A stretch of 64,000 bases of DNA from Octopus vulgaris (lineage: Eukaryota): assembly GCA_951406725.2 (NCBI GenBank), contig OX597826.1:46252001-46316000 (forward strand), read 5' to 3'. Both the position numbers and the translations under genes were made by a program. The notes below the pieces were generated by a model, which searched no databases, was not told the DNA's origin, and saw only the letters and a program-made list of their open reading frames with translations. Below, one piece after another: positions 27,607-42,984 of this stretch (the stretch's first letter is position 1; the number at the start of each line of letters is the position of its first letter).

Positions 27607-29565
27607 TAATAATAAGGGCAATGACAAAAGCAACAATGACAAGGCACAGTGGCAACAATGACAGAAATGATGTTAAGAGTAGGACGATGAGGGCAATGAT
27701 GGCGATGACAATGATGGTAATGTTGGTGGTGGCGATGGTGATGATATTGATGATGGTGATGCTGATGATTTAGATGATGTTGAGGGTGATGATTTAGATG
27801 ATGATGATGATGACTGTGATAATGACACACACACACAATATAAAAAAAATGGAACCCCTGCTTCCTTTTGTGTGAAAATGCCACAATAGTAAATTTTACA
27901 TTAAAATCACTCTGATAAAAAGGCTGCTGCTTCTCGCCAATAAAAGAGCGTTTCATCAATAAAGGTGTGCATGTGCAAGCGAGTGTGGACATGAGTGTGT
28001 GTGTGTGTGTGTGTGATGCAAGTGAGTGTGCATGGACGTGTATGCACAAGTGAGTGTGCATGAGCATGTGAGTATGCATGGGTGTGTGAATAAGTGTGTG
28101 AGTGTAAATGGATGAGTGAGTGAATGCGTGTACAAGTATGTATTTGTGCATGTGTGTGTAAGAGAGAGAGACTCGGTTAAGGTGGACTGGGAAGCTGCAT
28201 TAATGGCAACACGATGCTTAAATAATAACACAGGAGAAAATGCCAAGCTTTTTAATTTCATTGTCTACATCTGACGCCTTGTCTCTTTTTTGCTTTGCAC
28301 ATTTTTGCTCTTTCATTCGCTCTACCACCTGCCCCCCCCCCCCCGCCCGCCACTGCCACACATTATATCTCCAGGTAAAATTTCACTACGATGCATCACA
28401 TTGAGATTTCACACTCTCTCCTCCTCCTCCTCTCTTTCTCTCATCCTTTCTTTGTCTTTCATTCACACACACACACACTTTTTTTTGTGTATACCTTCTA
28501 TACAGCTTTTACTTTTTGCAACTTTTTTTTTTTTGTGTTGTTAAAGACACAAACACACACACATACACAAAGAAAATAATGAAAAAAAAACAACAAAAAA
28601 ACAAAAAAAAATGGGTGTATTGGTTATGAAGCCTTTTAGATATGGCATAGAAAAGCCATCACCACGACAATATAAGCTGACACAATCAACATTGTCATCA
28701 CGTATAACACTGCATGATAACAACTCTCCTCTCAGGCAAAACAGTTTTCTGTCTTTGTTATACAGGTGCACACAAATTTTGCACAGATATCCACTTATGC
28801 ATGTACAACACACAAATACACTAAACCCCTCCCCCCACGCACACACACACACTACATACATCCCCATCACTCTTTTACTCTCCTTTCTTTCCTTTTTATT
28901 TGCTAACATGATTTATTTTTCAGTAATTTTAAGCAAGTTTTACAGAAATAAAATTATAAAATTATTTTCTATTCAAGAAATTATGAAATATCTAAACATG
29001 GAATTGCTTTGAGTTGAAATAATGCATGTATAATAATAATAATAAAAAAGAAGACAAGAAACAAATGTGGGCTATATAATTTTGACCTCTGTCAAATAAT
29101 TTTGGCTTTTGAATCAGAGTTTCCTCTGAAATCAAGTGTTTACGCTAAACACCAACTATGCTAATAATCTAATTGATATGAAAAGTTAAGGAGTAGGAAT
29201 GGGAGAGCAGGGCTGCGATAGCATATCATAGTGGGATCTATAACAATGTGATTCAGGTGTAATAAAATAAACAAACAACCACATATCATTAAATGACATT
29301 CCTATAACAATTGTTATACCCCATGCTCAGTTCATAGTTGGTATAACAAGGGAAACATAATGAGAGAAGAGATGAGAATAAAGAACAGGAAAAAAAACTT
29401 GTTGGAACAACAGTGGTTAGATATCAGTTTGATCAAAGTCATAATTGCTAACCTCCCCTTAGTTCAAGCACACACAAAAACATGCACACTTTTGTAATAT
29501 AGAGTTATAACTTTATCATCAATTTCTGCACTCTATCCAAATTCTATGTTGGGTTTCCAATTTAA

Positions 29566-29767
29566 CCCTTTTGTTACTCTATTTATGTTGAAATACACTG
29601 CTTTTTGTATCAACTAATTTTAACAATAATGAATCTAGCAAAATAACTTCACCAATATTAAGCTAGTGATTGGAATATAAAATTACCATGGCATTTTATG
29701 GCTATAAAAATGTGAAGTTGACAGCAATGAACTGTGGGCCGCCTCAGATAAGGTGGTATCAAAAGTG
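29566..29767. mobile_element. Second piggyBac-type MITE family
   Basis: TTAA-CCCTTTTGTTAC...GTATCAAAAGTG-TTAA; related internal sequence at ~45000-45215 and 57170-57310. Confidence 0.6.
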
Positions 29768-31460
29768 TTAACCACTTTAGCAATAACCAGTTAAAAATAA
29801 CAGCCAAATCTTCCTCAAATCAAGCTCTGCTTTCTTATACTTATAGATTTGTTGATGGTGAAATGACTTGGGCTAAACAATTCTTTTTATTTAGAAGCTC
29901 ACGACTCTTTATAGCAGCAGTCTTTTCTGCACCACAGACTAGTTTGATGCAACACAGTTTTCCTCCAGACCAGGGGATCATGCACATAACAAAACACAAT
30001 GAAAAGTATCATCATTATCATTTAACATCAGTCTTCCATGATGGCATGAGTCAAATGGTTTAACTGGAGCTGGCAAGCCAGAGAGCTGCAACAGGCTCCA
30101 TTGTCTGCTTTGGTATGGTTTGTACAGCTGGATGCCCTTCCTAATGCCAACCACTCAACAGAGTGGACTGAGTGCTTTTTATGTAGCACCAGCACTGGTG
30201 CTTTTCACCTAGCACCAACACCAGTTGAGTTACCAAGTAACTTGCAAGACAAAGACCTCTCAGCTGGGAGGAGGGAGTGGGCTTATGGGAAGTGGCTTTG
30301 TGCGATGTGAGAGGCTAAAGTATAATAGAGGGATAGAGATAGGTGTCTTACTATAGATCAAATACTTGGCTACCCCAGTAGGAAAAGAGAGGAGAGGAAG
30401 GTGAGATAAAGAGAGAAAGAAAGAGAGATAGTCAGGGTGAATTTAATTATTACATAATAATACATATATAATGCAAAAACATTCCACAAACTGTGACAGT
30501 TGATAAAATAGAAATAAACTTTTAAAATTTATTTTTTCTGTGTGGCCTTATACCAAATAATCCAAGGCCCAATACTGGTCAGCAACCCACTGGTTTGGGA
30601 CTCCTGCTCTATACAGCCTACAAAACTGGTAGGAGGGAAAGAAGGAGAGACAATTGCATCCTCAAACTGGAGATTTGGCTTCTATACATGAAACAGAGTA
30701 GATTCTTTGTCAAGTGGTGATATTAAAATGAGCAACAGATTAAGTATACCATCCAAGTAGGCCATGCTGGGATTTGAACTCAGAACACAAAGAGCTGGAA
30801 CAAACACCATGAGACGTCTCTTCTAATATCCTAACATTTACTCCAATTACTGTTTGGTAATTCAGTGCATGAAATTTAATTTATAGCAATGCTGAATATT
30901 TTGGGCGCGTATCAGGTTACTAAGAGTTCACTCAGACAAAACAGTAACAACACTTATCATAATTACCACACATTAATTATTTATAAATACAATGCTTAAT
31001 CATCATCATCACCATCAATTCCATAATGATTATCATCACGATCATCGTTACCACTATCATCCTTTCCTACGTCTGCTTTTTACCATTGCAGGAATGAGAA
31101 GCTGGATGAGAGTTATTTTGAGACAGTATTTTGTGGCAGGATGCCATTCCACCTGCTAACCCTTACTTGTTTTTCCTAGTAAGGTATTCCACCAGTCTTT
31201 GCACATGAAACTATTGAAGCTGCAGGACATATTTTTTTATGCATAATACAAAAACATAACACTAAGTTCTCCACCAAACAATGCAAATTCAAAGACACAC
31301 ATACATACTATTACATCATCAACAATCAACATCATCATATTGCTATTAATATTAACCTTCCAACTCATGCCAGCATGGAAAGCGGATGTTAAATGATTAT
31401 GATGATGATGTGCTATAAGGCAGAAACTGAAAGAAGCCCATTGTGTATATATATATATAC

Positions 31461-31841
31461 ACTCTTTACTCTTTTACTTGTTTCAGTCATTAGACTGTGG
31501 CCATGCTGGAGCACCACCTTTAGTCGAGTAAATCGACCCCAGGGCATATTCTTTGTGAGCCTAGTACTTATTGTATCAGTCTCTTTTGCCAAACCGCTAA
31601 GTTACAGGGATGTAAACACACCAGCATCGGTTGCCAAGTGATGTTGGGGAGACAAACACAGACACACAAACACACACATATATATACAGCGGGCTTCTTT
31701 CAGTTTCCATCTACCAAATCCACTCACAAAGCTTTGGTTGGCCCGTGGCTATAGTAGAAGACACTTGCCTAAGGTGCCACGCAGTGGGACTGAACCTGGA
31801 ACCATGTAGTTGGTAAGCAAGCTACTTACCACACAGCCACT
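31461..31841 (-). mobile_element. SINE family A, near full length
   Basis: Reverse-complement match to 52989-53465. Confidence 0.88.
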
Positions 31842-31844
31842 ATA

Positions 31845-32185
31845 TATAAGGTAAATTACAAAATGGAGAGGATAACCAATTTACAAACATCAGCCTGTAA
31901 ACATTCATTTATTAATTAATTACAATCATATATAAGTAATCAAAATAAATAAACAAACAAGTAATTAATTAAACAAAAATAAATAAATGAATGAATAAGA
32001 ATGAGTGAAAATATATTTTTTCACTCATTCTTATTCATTTATTTCTTTTTATTTATTTACTATTTGTTTATTTATTTTGATTACTTATACATATGACTAA
32101 TTAATTGATAAATAAATCCAAATCAATGGTCACAGGCTGATGTTTGTCAATTGATTATCCTCTCCATTTTCTTATTTGCCTTATA
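31845..32185. mobile_element. AT-rich palindromic MITE
   Basis: TATAAGGTAAATTACAAAATGGAGAGGATAA ... TTATCCTCTCCATTTTCTTATTTGCCTTATA; imperfect symmetry continues to the centre at ~32014. Confidence 0.75.
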
Positions 32186-32376
32186 AATTCTGAGTAAAAT
32201 TCTGCTTTACCCCAACTCATACATTTTATTCAATTGCACTACTGCCCTGCAACAGTAAGCACTTGGATATAAATATGTAGGTATACATCCAGTAATATAT
32301 GGGATATTTATTATCCCTTAGAAGGTTGTTTAACCTATAACTCACACAGACATATATATATATATATGTAGGTATG

Positions 32377-32469
<93 letters not shown>

Positions 32470-33943
32470 ATGCATGTATGTATGTATGCATGTATGTACC
32501 TGTGAATGTGTGTGTATTTTTGTGTCTGTGTGTTTAGATCCCCAGGACTTAGCAGTTTGGCAAAAGAGACCAATAGAATAAGTACTAGACTTAAGAAATA
32601 AGTCTTGGGGTCAATTTGTTCCACTAAAATCCTTCAAAGTGATGCTCCAGCATGGCCACAGTGAAATGCCTAAAACATATAAAAGAGACTATATGCCCCT
32701 CCCCCTACACACATAAACATGCATGCATGTATGTATGTATACATATATTCATACGTTTGGCTTGCAAGTAGTTTCCAAATATCAAATTTTTCTTGTAAAA
32801 GCAGCAGTTAATCTGAGTATGTTGCCGGCCGAAAAATAACTTACTGAAGGTGTGCTATGGTGAGGACTGAACCTAATACCACATAATTGTTACCAGAACT
32901 GTTATAAAAACAAAAACAAAAAAATAACCAACTTAAACCATATAGCTGTGTCTGTGCTTATATGAAAGACAAGTAAATTATATATGTTCGTTGATAAGGC
33001 AGAAGGTTTTTAGTTTCCAGGATGCAATGTTAAATACGAGAGAATATAGCTATAATAGCATCACAAAGAGCTTCTGAATCAGTAACAAATACATTTAATT
33101 CCAACCACTTCCCACATTAACATATGTTAATATTGTTAAGTAAACCAGATTAACTCCTCTCCCTTACATTAAGATTAAATCCTACATTAATAGCTAGATT
33201 AATAATATCAAGTATGGTGATTGTCATGGAATACAGCAGAATACATTAGCTGCTATCATCAAGGAATACTGACAGCAGCAAAACATAAAGAACCATGCTT
33301 CTTTGATTATGGCAGGTAGGAATAAGTGAAGTAAGAAAAAATAATATAATCCACATAAGAATGGCGAAGCAAGGGAAAACTCGAGATATTTTTGTGGTAG
33401 GATCACACTTTGATAATAAAGTCGAAGTCGTCGCAGTGTGTTAGTGTGAAGGGTGGATGTGTTACGATATGTACGAGTTGGATATTACGTTAAGACGTGT
33501 ACGAAGACATGTAATGAAGGTGGGCGGATGGGGAAAGATAGAGATGAGAGGAAACAACAATAACAATCACACACACAGACACACACACACACATAACCAT
33601 GCGCATAGACATACACACATATGCAGCCATATACATGCACGATGCAAATGCAAGTTGAAATAATCATTTCATATACATACATAGACAGATACACATATTT
33701 ATATATGTACATACATCTCTCTCGCTATATATATATATATATACATACATACACACACATACACAATGTACACACATATAATTACTTGCATACATACAAC
33801 ATATATGTATATATGATATATGTATATATATAGATACACACACACATATATACATGCACAGAAACAAATACATATAAGTGTATATGCATATATATGCATA
33901 TATATATATATATGTATAAATTATGAACATATATAGACACACA

Positions 33944-33988
<45 letters not shown>

Positions 33989-34470
33989 ATGCACAAACAT
34001 ATACACGCACATATATATGTGTATGTGTGTGTGTGTGTATACAAACATTTATACACTTAAACACACATTGTACACATCATAAAAAAGATTAGAAGTCAAA
34101 TGTATAAAGAGAAATATTAAAAATCACATACAGTAGATGACCTGATAAAAATTACAATACCGCAATTTAAACAACAAAACAAGACAACAAGTTGTTTTCC
34201 GGAAAATATTTTCCAATCTTATTTTTATTCTTTGTGCACACAATCTTCCATGGAATTAACAAATAATGCAATAATGCAATAACAATCAATACCAAAATAA
34301 CAAAACGACAGAGAGGGGGTTGGAGTCGGGGAGGTTAAGTTCTAAAGGAATGCATTTTTGCAACAATTCTATGCTTGTCATTTGAACATTAACAATACTT
34401 GAAATATAATTTTATCTCCTTAGCTGCCATGAACTTTCAGATATGAAATCTCGTAAATGGATTACAAATG

Positions 34471-34512
<42 letters not shown>

Positions 34513-34667
34513 TTTGCTTAGACATAGGAAAACTAATAACCTGGTATAAGAACTCATTATGGATATGATTCAAAAAAAAAAAAAAAAAGAAAGCATTATT
34601 CAAGTACAGTGTAATAAAAACTGAAATAAATAGCAAGTGAACAAGAACTTATGTAATGAACTTCAGT

Positions 34668-34709
34668 AGCTTACAGTTGTTTCTGCTACTAGATAGCTTC
34701 ATCAGAGCT
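34668..34709 (-). ncRNA. Minimal type I hammerhead ribozyme
   Basis: Minus strand reads AGCT-CTGATGA-A-GCTA(TCTAG)TAGC-A-GAAA-CA(AC)TG-TA-AGCT. All three stems pair, the core is intact and the triplet is GUA. Confidence 0.82.
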
Positions 34710-36536
34710 TCAAGGCATGACTGTGTGGTAATATGCTTCCTTCCCAGCCATAGTTCTGGGTTCAGTCCTACTGCAAGACACCTTAGGCATATGTCTTCTA
34801 TTATAGTGTCTGTGCCAATCAAAGCCTTGTGACTGGATTTGGTTGATGGAAACTGAAAGAAGCCCATTGGATGGATGGATAAACAGACAAAGATATAGAT
34901 ATCTATATATCTATGTTTGTGTCTGTCTTTGTGTTTGCTCTCACCACTACTTGACGTGTTATTTCATTTATGTCTCAAGAAACTAGATCAACAGCGTAAG
35001 TATGAGGCTTAACAGTAAATCTTGGGTGTCATTTCTTTGACTATACTTTTCAAAGTAGTGCCCCATCATGGCTGCAATCCAGTGCCTCTAGAACTGCCAA
35101 AGAGATTGGATGTTTGGAAAGACATCAAGTTATAAAAACAAAACTGAAAATGGAACTAGCAAGGTGTGCCCATCCCCCAATCCAACTATCTACAAGAGCA
35201 GAAATGACCTAGCCAACCCATGCCAACATAGAAAGCAAATGTAAAATGATGATGGTGATTATGAGGAAAAGGAGGCGGAAGGAGAGTGACCTTTGAATCC
35301 CAAAATGAAATTTGGACTCAAAATGTAGAGAGAACAGATACTTGAATAAATAATGCAAGGCACCAACAATCCTACTTGTGCAGCCACTTTGGACTGGTGC
35401 TATATTTTACAACTTCAAAAAGTTGAAAGGCAAGGATGACCTCAGTAAGGTTTGAACTTAAGAGTGCATAAAGCCGAAACAAACATGGGATCACACTTTC
35501 ATCTGACATTCAAATACGTAGGCAGGAGGCATTTATGCCCTAAATGGCGAAGTTCTAAGGCACGGAGCTGGCAGAAAAATTAGCATGCTGGGCGAAATGC
35601 TTAGAGGTATTTCGTCTGTCTTTACATTCTGAGTTCAAATTCCGCCGAGGTCGACTTTGCCTTTCATCCTTTCGTGGTCGATAAATTAAATACCAGTTAT
35701 GTACTGGGGTCGAGCTAATCAACTGGTCCTCTCCCCCAAAATTTCAGGCCTTGTGCCCAGAGTAGAAAAGAAATGGATAAGTTCTTTATTTATCAACCCT
35801 GGAAAGATGAAAAAAAAAAAAAAAACCAAAGCTGAACTCAACAAGACTTGAACTCAGAATGTTAAGAGCCAGAATGAAAACTAAAACCACAAGGTATTTC
35901 TAACTTTTCTGTCAATTCACTGTCAAGTAATAAAAGATGTGGAGAAACAGCAGTTGAAGACTTTCGGTATTATACAAATCTCTGACTATTTTATATTTTT
36001 AATACTTTGAACAACACATATACTCATTCAGGTCCAAAAAAGTTGTGAAGCACAATTACCTCACTTTGTCAACGACAATGAAAGTTAAAAATGACGGGTT
36101 TTATGAATCAAATATTATGACGAACAATTGAAAGATTTTCATAAAACCAAATAAGGAAAAGAAGAGAAAAACAAGAAGAACAACAATCACAAACAGTTAA
36201 AAATTTATTCCCAGTTCAGCAGTAATAATGGAGGACTTTTAATATATTCTGGTTAAGTGACTGCAAAAACATTAAGTAATGTTTTAAAGTAAACAAACTA
36301 TAATTCCAATTGTAAATAAACACGCAAAGAATTTTTGAGTTTACTTTTCTTCTTCGTCTTTCCGTTATTTCACAAGTTTTTCCAGATAAAAGGAAAAATA
36401 ACAAATAAGTTGTGATTTCAAGGGGGAGGGTGCACAGCAAATAAAATTGTATATATGTGTGTATATACATACACAGATGTATGCGTAAATGTCTGAGCAT
36501 ACATATATACACGCAGACACACAAACACACATACAC

Positions 36537-36567
<31 letters not shown>

Positions 36568-37580
36568 TATATATTAAAGAGAGGAGAAAGAAGGAGAGGT
36601 GGAGAGAAGGAGGCAGATTAGTGTCTGCACACAGCTACAGAAATAAGTGAACTAAAGAACAAAAACAAAAAAAAAAGTCCTACGTGGTTGTAATAATAAT
36701 ATTAATAATAACCATAACGACAACCACAATAATGATGATGATAATGACAGCAACATCAACAGCAACTATAATGATATATACGAGATGAATTTCATTAAAG
36801 TTCAATGGAGATGATCAACATCTCACCTGTATAGTCTCCATAGAAAAAAAAAAGAGCATAAAACAAAAAGCAAACCAAAAAAAAAGCGCTTTACGGGAGA
36901 TTGATGCAATCAATACAGGCTTGGTGAGGGCGCAGGCAGTGTGTGTGTGTGTGTGTGGAGGTGGGGGTAGGGTGAGAGGACAATTTCAGGCTGATTTCTA
37001 AAGTGTTAGGAATCAACAATGGATTATAATTAAGTCAACAGAGCTAAAGGTATTTACAGAAACACAAGCACAGAGAAAAACATACACACACACACACACA
37101 CACACAAACCTACATACAAACACACACACACACACACAATTGTTAAGATCAATAGAGTTTTATCATTACACACACACACACACACACTCTTCCCATCTCT
37201 TTCTCATTCAGCTTCCGAGTTATTATTCTCATATATATATATATATATATATGTATACACACACACACACATATATATATATACATATATATACACACAC
37301 ACATATATATATACTGTGTACACACACACACACACACATATATATTTATAAAGGAAAAAGGGGAAAAAAAAAAGCACTAATTCCTGCCTCACAAACATTT
37401 TAATGTCATCAAATAGCATTCAATTCTTGTGTCACATGTATACATAGATAGCCGTAGTAGATAATTGACCAACAACAACAACAACAACAATTTGGATTTA
37501 TATGGTTCTTCTCTCAATTGATTTCATCACCGTAGAAAGAAAGAAAAACAAAAAAGGCACCTAAATGATATATTGCACGT

Positions 37581-37648
<68 letters not shown>

Positions 37649-37751
37649 GAATAGAGCTTCTATTTACTAGATAAAGCATTCGAAAAAAAACAAAAGTGAT
37701 TGCACACATATATACACAAAAGAAATGGAAAAAAAAAATCAACATTCACTT

Positions 37752-37859
37752 TATAATCATCATCATTATTATCATCATTATTATTATTATTATTACAATT
37801 ATTATTATTACTATTATTATTATTATTATTATTACTATTATAATTATTATTATTATTAC

Positions 37860-37899
<40 letters not shown>

Positions 37900-37947
37900 T
37901 ATCATTATTACTATTATTATTATTATTATTATTACTATTATTATTAC

Positions 37948-37978
<31 letters not shown>

Positions 37979-38145
37979 TATTATTATTACTATTATTATT
38001 ATCATCATTATCATCATCACCATTATTATTGTTATTATTTTCTTATCTTTACATTATTATTGTTGCAGTTATTATTTGATAGTTCTTTTCTACTACTACC
38101 ACTACTACTACTACCACCACCACCACCACCACCACCACCACCACC

Positions 38146-38198
<53 letters not shown>

Positions 38199-38547
38199 CA
38201 CTACTACTACTACTGCTACTACTACTACTACTACTACTGTTGTCACCATCGCCACCACCATCAGTAGAAGTTGTAGCATAGGTGCCTTATTGCTATCATC
38301 GTCATTATCGTTATCATTATCATTATTATTATTATTATTAAAAAACGACGGAACTAAACTACAAACAGTAATTATCAAAGCCCAAATTATACATGTGTAT
38401 ATGCATATTTGTCAATGTATCATCATTTCGTTGTGTTTGTTCACGAACAATGTAGAGGCACACATTGAGAGAATATAATGAAGAGTGGGAAATTAAAACA
38501 ACAACAACAACAACAATAATAATAGTTAAAATAATAACAACAACAAC

Positions 38548-38639
<92 letters not shown>

Positions 38640-38660
38640 CATCACCATCATTATTATAAG
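37752..38660. repeat. Compound trinucleotide microsatellite field (ATT, ACT, ACC, AAC, AAT)
   Basis: Directly visible; source of the poly-I/Y/N/V ORFs. Confidence 0.95.
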
Positions 38661-39277
38661 GGCCAAAAAGAAAAATAAGTTAATAAGTTAAAAACAATAA
38701 ATATTATAAGCATATATAATAAATTACCGATCAAAATTTTACTGAAACCCCCTAAAAAAAAAAAGGAGAAAAATGGAGAAGAAAGCAAAAACTCCCATGA
38801 AATATACTTAATTCATTGTCATTATTTAACATTCTAACATTTTGATAATTTCCAAATTATCGACAGCAGAATTATTATATAGACTTTGGCATTTGGCAGC
38901 CATTTTTTTTTTCCTTTTTTTTCAGATTACCATATAGATTTTATTGCATTGGATATATATATATATATATACACACTTCCTTCATTTCAAAAGAAAATAA
39001 AATCAAAAAAATAATAAATGAATAAAAAATAACACAATATTCTCTCCAGAGTGCAATAACAATTTAAAGAAGCCAAAAAATTCTAAAACCCGCAATTTGG
39101 AATCTATTCTCAGCGTAAATCTATGAAAAATTCCCATTGTAGCAATGGAAGCTATAGAAGACTTTTTTTTTTGGGCCGTTTTGTTGTTGTTAAGAGTGTA
39201 TATGGGAATAACATCAAATGAAAATGTGCGTTGATTACTATACACACACACACACAAACATATATATATACACTAAT

Positions 39278-39312
<35 letters not shown>

Positions 39313-40046
39313 GAAATATATATACACATACAAACATATACATGCATAAAGACACATACTCACCCGCATATATATACATACATAGATATATGCACACAGA
39401 TGGTAAAAATGGAAAAATAAAGGAATTCTTTAAACAGATTAAATAACACAACACAGCAATATTGACAACAAGAACAAAAAAAAAAATGAATAACGAAACA
39501 TAACGAACTAATGCTTCAATACACAAATGAGTATAACTGATTTTTAAATGTTTAATGAAAGATTAGAAACTCGTAAGCAATCCCCCGCCTCACACAACCA
39601 CCACCGCTGCCGCCACCACCACCACCGCCACTGCCACCTCACCCCCCACCCTATCGCACGTCATAAAAGACTTCCAAAGAGACTATGGATAAATGATAAA
39701 GTTTCTTTCTCTCATAAGAGTGGCAATAATATAAGGCCATTATCCGCCACACTCCACGCCATAAAATGAACAGCCCAGTAGCAGCAAATAGGTCCATTCA
39801 TACACTAGACTTGAAAGTAAAATAAAAGAAACCCCATCAAAAAACAACAAACAAAAATAAATACCATTCCATAAGATGCTTTTTTTTTTTTTAAGCTAAA
39901 CAAGCTTGGTTCCAGTCAAGATTAATAAAATTTAATATCAGTTAAATTTTGCCTATAATTTTATATGCATACATAGCTATAACAACCTATTTATCTCTCA
40001 CTTGCTTTATTGCTGTGACTATATATATATATATACATATATATAT

Positions 40047-40886
40047 CGCGCTTGCGCCGGTTCGCGCACGCATACGCGCCGCATGCACCTCGCTCTTGGA
40101 CCCGACGAGACCTCCCGCCCGTTCCTGGGACCGTCGCTTGTTGTTGGGTTTTCCCACGCCCGTCTCCGCGGGACCACTCTTCCATCTTCCCCTCAGCTGG
40201 AGCCCTTTTTCCTTAACCCCCCACCTTTTTCGTTACACACACGCGCACACATATACACACATTGCTTAAATATATACATTACTCTTACACACATTCAATC
40301 TACTCGCCATTAATACTACCACGACACTGGACACACACACACACTACTACTCAACACACGCTGGCACGCTACATACGCCCCCACCCCTTCCCCTCCCTCC
40401 CTTCCTCCTTCCTTCTTTTTCTTACTACTGACCTTTGTCTGCTATGCTGACCGGGGTCTCGCCCTACCTCACACGCCTACACACAGACGCACACACTAAC
40501 ACATACATATATTTTTTGTTTTTTTATCTCGCCTCACACACACACATACACACACGCACACGCACACACTCACACATACACACACATCTGTTGCGTTACC
40601 AACCTTGTCTCCACTCTTTTGCCTTTAAAAACCTACTTTGCTCTTGTTATCGTAAACTTCCGCCTTTCACCATGTGTAACTCGTAAACACCAGTCGTTTT
40701 TTTTCTCTATCCCTGTTGCCCGCTTTGGGATCTTTCTTTCCTCTCTCTTCCTTCTTTATGTTTCCGACGAAGAGCTCCGCTCGAAACGTCATACCTCCCT
40801 GCTTCCATTTCCTGAGCGCCTATTAATAATAATACTGTAATTGTTCCATTGTTGTTGTTTTTTTGTTTTCCCGTTTGGATTAAAAT
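40047..40886 (+). mobile_element. CpG-rich ~840-bp PLE-type 3' UTR / non-autonomous element inserted in (TA)n
   Basis: Sharp GC/CpG-rich, C-skewed block between two (TA)n tracts, with a hammerhead ~95 nt before the 3' end; no recognisable protein. Confidence 0.55.
40760..40794 (+). ncRNA. Degenerate hammerhead ribozyme
   Basis: GTTT-CCGACGA-A-GAGC(TCC)GCTC-GAAAC-GTC-ATAC: U4 is replaced by C and stem I has one mismatch; stem II and GAAAC-GTC are intact. Confidence 0.55.
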
Positions 40887-40903
40887 TATATATATATATA
40901 TAC

Positions 40904-40944
<41 letters not shown>

Positions 40945-41826
40945 TAGATAGATAGATAGATAGATGGATAGGTAGATAGATAGATAGATATTCATATATA
41001 AGTTATATACCATCACCATCATCATTTTGTGGTCGTCTTTTCCAGGTTTGGATGGGTCAAATGAAAATTCATTGAGACAGATTTTCTACCACTGGATGTG
41101 CTTCTTGTCACCAACCCTCACCTGTCTTTAAGCAAGGTAATATTTCTTCATGGTCAGATACGTCACAGAATACTGGAAATGAATAACACAGCTTACTCAC
41201 CAATAGACACACACATACATACATGTGTGTGTGTGTGTATTTATGCATTTGTTTAGCAAGATTCTTGATGTGAAAACATGCCTGCAGATAGAGATACATA
41301 TTACAGAAGTACAAACTGTAATAGGCAGGACAAGACGAGACACATGGGACAGAGAGTTGCCGAAGAGGTCACAGAAAGAGTGATGAAAGAACTTTGATGG
41401 ACAAATAAACTAAAAATAATAACAATAAAACTAAAGTGAAAATCAAATAAATAGTGCGTGTGTGTTTAATTGGTAAAAGATGACCATTCCCAAGAATATA
41501 TATATGTGTGTGTGTGTGTGTGTATAAAAGTACATATACTAACATCATCATTTAATGTCCCTTGTCCATGGTTGAACAGTTTGACTGGGCTGGCACACTG
41601 GAAGGCTTTGCCAGGCTCCAGTCTAATTTGGCATGGTTTTCTAGGGCTGGATGCCCTTCCTAACACCAACCACTCCAAGAGCGGGATGGGTGCACTTACC
41701 ATGCCACCGGCATAGGTGCCATTTGCATGACACTGGTCTCTGCCATGACTGCGATTTTACTTGGCTTGATGGGTCTTATTCTCAAGCATGGCATAATGCC
41801 AAAGGTCTTGGTCACAGCCTATAAAC

Positions 41827-41861
<35 letters not shown>

Positions 41862-41979
41862 TCAGAAGTTGAAAATGCACTGGTAGTCTTTTAGGTTGTT
41901 TATATTCCAAGTTGCGACAGAGTTCCATGTCTTTTTATCTCAACATTAGAAAATCAGAAAAATCTGTGAAACCAGTTAA

Positions 41980-42294
41980 CTGGTACTCCATTGTTTATGA
42001 CAACGAGGGTTCCAGTTGATCTGATCAATGGAACAGCCAGCACATGAAATTAACATGCAAGTGACTGAGCATTCTACAAACACGTGTACACCTAACGTAA
42101 TTCTCAGTCAAATTCAGGGTGGCACAGAAGCTGGCCCTTTGAATTATAGATACTATTCATTTTTGCCAGCTGAGTGGACTGGAGCAATATGAAATAAAGT
42201 GTCTTGTTCAAGGACACAATGTGCCGCCAGATATTGAACTCACGACCTTACGACTGTGAGCTGAATACCCTAACCACTCAGCCACGTGCCTTCA
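41980..42294 (-). mobile_element. tRNA-derived SINE (third family) with 14-bp target-site duplication
   Basis: Head GGCACGTGGCTGAGTGGTTAGG...GAGTTCAAT; GTGAAACCAGTTAA at 41966-41979 and 42295-42308; related copy at ~5990-6140(+). Confidence 0.85.
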
Positions 42295-42949
42295 GTGAAA
42301 CCAGTTAAGCCTTTAAAAATAAACTATCTAACAGACACCAAGTGCATTTTCAACTTCTTTCAATATTTCTACCCATGTGGAATAAAATAGCTTTGTTTCT
42401 TATTAATAATCTTTTATCTTTTAATCGTTTCAGTCAGTAGACTGTGGCCATGCTGGAGCACAGTCTTGACAGATTTAGTCACACAAATTGACTCCAATAC
42501 GTTTTTGTTTAAAGTCTATTTATTCTATTGGTCTCTTTTGGTTGACCTGTTAAGTGTCAGGGATGTAAACAAAGCAACGCCAACAATCAAGCAGTGGTGA
42601 AGAATAAACACAAACGCAAAGACACATACATAGATATATAAATTTATGAGAAATACATGAGGTAGAAGGAGGGGAGGACTAACAATAACAGCAATAAAGA
42701 AATGAACCTTGAACAAGCATTCTTTCCCTTGTTCCGGTCATTTGACTAGGGACATGATAGAGCACTTTCTTGAAGGGTTTTAGCCAAACAAATCAACCCT
42801 AGGACATATCTTTTTAAAGCCTAGTACTTATTCTATTGGTCACATTTACTGAACTTCTAAGTTACAGGGATGTAAACAGACCAACAGCAGTTGTCAAGTG
42901 GTACTGAGGAGGGGACTCAAAGACATACACACAGATATACACACACACA

Positions 42950-42984
<35 letters not shown>

